DNA of 64,000 bases, taken from an uncultured virus (IMG/VR IMGVR_UViG_3300006879_000002). Lineage: Duplodnaviria; Heunggongvirae; Uroviricota; Caudoviricetes. Below, piece by piece: positions 60,293-64,000 of this stretch. Positions within the stretch are counted from its first letter, which is position 1. Each line of letters starts with the position of its first letter. The stretch lies in IMG/VR virus record IMGVR_UViG_3300006879_000002; one strand, given 5' to 3'. The notes under the pieces are model-generated. The model ran no database searches. It was not told where the DNA came from and worked only from the letters and a program-made list of their open reading frames with translations. Made by a program: the position numbers and the translations under genes.

Positions 60293-60811
60293 ATGGCCGG
60301 AGACGAAATCACCCTTACGGTGCATGGCAATCTGACCGCAGACCCCGAGCTGCGATTCACCCCCAACGGCACCCCCGTGGCCAACTTCGACGTGGCGTCA
60401 ACACCACGCTCCTACGACCGACAGAACCAACAGTGGCAGGACGGGGAAACGACCTTCCTCAAATGCACCGCTTGGCGCGACCTGGCAGAGAACATTGCAG
60501 AAAGCCTCGCCAAAGGAAACCGCATCAGCGCCACCGGCAAACTGGTCACCGAAACGTTCCAGACTCGCGAAGGGGAGAACCGGCGAGCGCTGAAGCTCCA
60601 GGTCGAAGACGTCGGCGCATCCCTACGTACCGCGACAGCACAGATCACCCGCGCAAAGCGCGGACAAGGTGGACAGGGAAGCCGACAAGCTCCCACGCAA
60701 CAGCAGAACGAGGCGAGCAACGACCCGTGGGCCGCAGCCACCGCTGACGCCCCCACGCAAAACACCGATGACCCGTGGGCCGCAGCGAGCGCGAGCGACC
60801 CCTGGGCCTGA
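60293..60811 (+). CDS. ssb: Single-stranded DNA-binding protein
   Basis: GNLTADPELRFTP.G..VANF.VASTPR, W.D.ET.F..C..WR.LAEN. Confidence 0.97.
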   Translation: MAGDEITLTVHGNLTADPELRFTPNGTPVANFDVASTPRSYDRQNQQWQDGETTFLKCTAWRDLAENIAESLAKGNRISATGKLVTETFQTREGENRRALKLQVEDVGASLRTATAQITRAKRGQGGQGSRQAPTQQQNEASNDPWAAATADAPTQNTDDPWAAASASDPWA

Positions 60812-60914
60812 CGTGCTGGTGTGGCCACGGAGTCATTGCGTGGTCACACCAGCCTCCCGGGCGAGGGGCAAGAGTGGGGAGATTGATGGAGCTGGTAGGC
60901 GATCGAGGAGCAGC

Positions 60915-63548
60915 ATGAGCAAGAGCAACAACGGCGCAGCCATCAAAGCGAGGAAGCTCGCCAGAATCCTCCTGCGCGCCCTCGTCTATCTCGCCCTCCC
61001 CATCCAACTCGCAGCCCCCTTCCTCTTCACCCCATCGGGCCTCGACTTCTACAAAGCCCACCTGACCTACCCGCTAGTTCCCCTTATCGTCCTCATCACG
61101 ATGCTGAGCTACGGGTACGCCAACTACGCACGCACCCACCCCCCGAAAGACAAACGAGGACGCCCCCGCCGACCCGCGCGCCCCCCGAAAGTAGCGCTGA
61201 AACGAGTCGTGGCAGACGCGGCTGACATCACCGCCAACCTCGACCACCTCCCATGGCGCATCATCTACCTTCTGGGCTACGCCGCCAGCATCATCGTTCC
61301 ACTGGTCAAACCCATCACCGTGACCGACCTGCAAACAGTGGCGCAAGAGCCTCAACCACTCCTGATCTCAGCAGGAGTCCCGGCCCTGTTCGCCCTGATA
61401 CTCCTGGGGCGCATCGCCTCGATCATGCGCGCCCGCATGGGTTGGATCGAAGAGATGTACGCCATCGCCCGCGACAGCTTCGAATACAAGCCCCTCCCCG
61501 AACGAGGGACCCCCACTCGCCGCCAGCGAATCACAGCTACGCCACACCTGGCCATCGACGTGCGGCGATGGAAAACCCTCACAGAGGGGGACACGTTCTT
61601 CGTGTGGGTGCCAGAGAAACTCTCTGCGGCAGACCAGAAGACCTGGGACGAGTTCTCAGTGAACCTCGAGGAGAAAATGCCCCGCGAGGAGGAGTGGCGA
61701 ATCCGCACTGCGGGGCAACGAGGACGCGGAGCCATCGTCGGACCAGCGAACTACCCACGAGCCATCCTCTGGGACGGCGAATATGACCCAGACCCACTCA
61801 CGTTCCACCTCGGGGACAACCTGGAGACAGGGGCCCACTACACACTGACCCTCAATGACACCAGCCCACATCTAGCCGTCAGTGGCGGCACGTCTAGCGG
61901 CAAGACTTCCGGCGCGGAGATCATCGCTGCTCAGACGCTCGTGACCCCGATGCCCTGGGACCCGACGCTGTACGGGCAGGTTCACCTGGTGGACCCCAAG
62001 GGCCCTCTCGCGCAGCGATGGGCGGGCCGTCCGGGCGTGGTCGTGTCGAATGGGCAAGATGACTCGGCAGTGGACCCGTACGTCTACAACGACGAAGGGG
62101 ACGTCGAGTGTGAGAAGACCGGCGTCATGGTGATGGCTGAGCATCTTCAAGAGATCGAAGACGAGCACCAGCGCCGGGGGAGGGTCCTGTCACAGTACCC
62201 GGATGCGGCCACGTGGGTGTCCCTGCCGGATGAGGTCAAACGCGAGGAGAAGTTCTTCCCCCTTGTGGTGATCATGGACGAGTTCATCGACCACACCTCG
62301 GGCCAGCGCGGGAAAAGTACCCGCGTGGAACTGGAGAACGAGGCGCGCGAGTTCATCGTCACCATGGCGGACTGGCTAGCCCGCAAGGCCCGCAACGTCG
62401 GCATCCACCTGATACTGATCGCGCAGCGGGCCAACATGAAGCTCATCGGGGACACCCTGATGACGAACATGCCCGTTCGTCTGGTGACCGGACAGATTGA
62501 CGACTCGCAGTTGCAGACCATGTTCGCTCTACCAGCACGCGACGTTCCCAAACTCCCCTCGACACGACACGACCCCAAGACCGGCCAGACGAAGACAATC
62601 CCGGGCCGCGCTCGCATCCTGAACGCGCTGGGACAGAGCATCTACAAGATTCAGATCATGTACTTCGGAGGGGAATTCAACTCCGACACTCTCGACAAGT
62701 GGCTGCCTCGAGGGAAGAGGCCACCCAACGGTGACTTCTCCCTGCCGACCGGCACTCGGCCCCGGACGAAAGACGACTTCGACGACAACGGAAACGTGAT
62801 CGAGGCGGCGAGCCCACAGGACGATGCGGGGCCCGCAGGCGAATCTCCTGAATGGCCTACACCAGCTGGAGCAGAAGACCCAGCGCCAGCAGAGGGAGAA
62901 GCCTCGCCCGAGCAGGGGGAACCGCCAGCAGCCGAAGACGAAACTGGCTCCAGCGCAGAGGATACCGAGGAGTCAGGAACCCCAGAACCCCCCTGGGACC
63001 CCGAACCAGCAGCCGCCCCCAGCCCCGAACAGCCAGGCATCTTCCCCGCAGCCGCCGACCCCACCAACGGGTGCACCGACTGCGGCACCACCTCCACCTG
63101 GTCCTGCCCCGAATGCGGTGCCAGATACTGCACCGACCACGGCGACCGCACGCCCAACCCGGACCCCGACGCCACGGGACGGTTCGTGTGCGGCCCATGC
63201 GCTACCAAGAATCCCATCACCCGTTCAGGCCTTGCCCCCATCCTCTCCGAGATCGTCACGAAAGCACGCCGCTACCGCCTCCACCACGAGGTGACCGTCA
63301 GCGATGACGAGGACGGTGCACACGGCAAGGTCCTCATCCGGGGCGAAGCCCAAGGCCCGAAGATCGTAGAAGTCGGCTCACACCGCAAGACACCCACCAC
63401 ACCCGACAAGGACGTGGACTACTGGGCCCGCTCTTCCTCCGGCACAGTCCACGGACTCGACGCAGCACAAGACCGCATCACCACGGCCATCTCCACATTC
63501 GTACGCAACCGCCAGGAGGTCACCACAGCAGGAGGGACAGAGGAATGA
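60915..63548 (+). CDS. FtsK/SpoIIIE-family (TraB/TcpA-like) membrane DNA translocase with C-terminal Zn finger
   Basis: Four N-terminal TMs; SGGTSSGKT, LVDPKG, IMDEF, ARNVGIHLILIAQR; CTDC..CPEC..CTDH..CGPC. Confidence 0.87.
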   Translation: MSKSNNGAAIKARKLARILLRALVYLALPIQLAAPFLFTPSGLDFYKAHLTYPLVPLIVLITMLSYGYANYARTHPPKDKRGRPRRPARPPKVALKRVVADAADITANLDHLPWRIIYLLGYAASIIVPLVKPITVTDLQTVAQEPQPLLISAGVPALFALILLGRIASIMRARMGWIEEMYAIARDSFEYKPLPERGTPTRRQRITATPHLAIDVRRWKTLTEGDTFFVWVPEKLSAADQKTWDEFSVNLEEKMPREEEWRIRTAGQRGRGAIVGPANYPRAILWDGEYDPDPLTFHLGDNLETGAHYTLTLNDTSPHLAVSGGTSSGKTSGAEIIAAQTLVTPMPWDPTLYGQVHLVDPKGPLAQRWAGRPGVVVSNGQDDSAVDPYVYNDEGDVECEKTGVMVMAEHLQEIEDEHQRRGRVLSQYPDAATWVSLPDEVKREEKFFPLVVIMDEFIDHTSGQRGKSTRVELENEAREFIVTMADWLARKARNVGIHLILIAQRANMKLIGDTLMTNMPVRLVTGQIDDSQLQTMFALPARDVPKLPSTRHDPKTGQTKTIPGRARILNALGQSIYKIQIMYFGGEFNSDTLDKWLPRGKRPPNGDFSLPTGTRPRTKDDFDDNGNVIEAASPQDDAGPAGESPEWPTPAGAEDPAPAEGEASPEQGEPPAAEDETGSSAEDTEESGTPEPPWDPEPAAAPSPEQPGIFPAAADPTNGCTDCGTTSTWSCPECGARYCTDHGDRTPNPDPDATGRFVCGPCATKNPITRSGLAPILSEIVTKARRYRLHHEVTVSDDEDGAHGKVLIRGEAQGPKIVEVGSHRKTPTTPDKDVDYWARSSSGTVHGLDAAQDRITTAISTFVRNRQEVTTAGGTEE

Positions 63549-64000
63549 CCACCGTGCAGCAAACAAAAGCAGCCCGAGCCCGCACCCGCAACCAGAACGC
63601 CGTCGCCCAAGCCGGGGGCCCAGGACACGTCCTCACGCCCGGAGACGTCCCCAGACACAAATGGCGCACCGACCTGGTAGACCCCATCCTCAGCTTCGTC
63701 GTCTACGGCGTCCCCGCACCCCAAGGGTCCAAAGAGTTCAAAGGGTTCCAGAACGGCAAGCCCATCCTGAAAGAACAATCAGACGGGCTCAAACCCTGGC
63801 GCAAAGCGGTCCGCGAAATGTCCCACCGCGCCATCCGCGACTACACCCACCGCACCGGCAAACGCTGGACCGCCCTCGACGAACCCGTCATGGTCTCCCC
63901 CGTAGTCACCATGCCCGCCAGTGACGCCGCCAAAGCCCGAGGAGACGTGTACGCCACCGGAGTGCCCGACCTCGACAAACTCGAACGCGGCATCGGAGAC
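63545..64000 (+). CDS. rusA: RusA-family Holliday junction resolvase, 3'-truncated
   Basis: Own translation from ATG 63545: FVVYGVPAPQGSK...LKPWRKAV...PDLDKLERGIGD. Confidence 0.85.
   Translation, partial: MTTVQQTKAARARTRNQNAVAQAGGPGHVLTPGDVPRHKWRTDLVDPILSFVVYGVPAPQGSKEFKGFQNGKPILKEQSDGLKPWRKAVREMSHRAIRDYTHRTGKRWTALDEPVMVSPVVTMPASDAAKARGDVYATGVPDLDKLERGIGD

Overview
High-GC, actinobacterial-type (Micrococcales-like codon usage, many leaderless TGCTANNNT promoters) segment of a large extrachromosomal element, most likely a megaplasmid. No virion genes, integrase, transposase, rRNA or intact tRNA were seen. It encodes much of its own replication machinery (DnaE, DnaG, DnaB, SSB, HU, dUTPase, a G39P-like helicase loader and an initiator-like gene beside a 13-bp iteron cluster at about 29.1-29.7 kb). 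It also carries a large DNA-processing set: SbcCD, NurA-HerA, DinG with a class 3 intein, three tandem SF2 helicases, PD-(D/E)XK and HNH nucleases, and RusA. Other genes include a MinD/ParA ATPase, an FtsK/TraB-like translocase, an ArdC-like antirestriction protein, a SLOG protein, and an array-less type IV-B CRISPR-Cas operon (csf1-cas11-csf2-csf3-cysH). The best candidate for an undescribed system is a family of three dispersed genes that share an N-terminal MCR...G(G/Q)-RRC + Arg-rich leader fused to unrelated payloads (zincin protease; ADP-ribosyltransferases + GNAT; OB-fold), suggesting a tagged polymorphic effector set. Dispersed non-coding motif families (TGAnnTSAnnTCA, GGGTTGGGARCC), long palindromes and sharp intragenic C/G strand-skew switches are also reported. 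All protein calls come from motif recognition by eye, not database searches.
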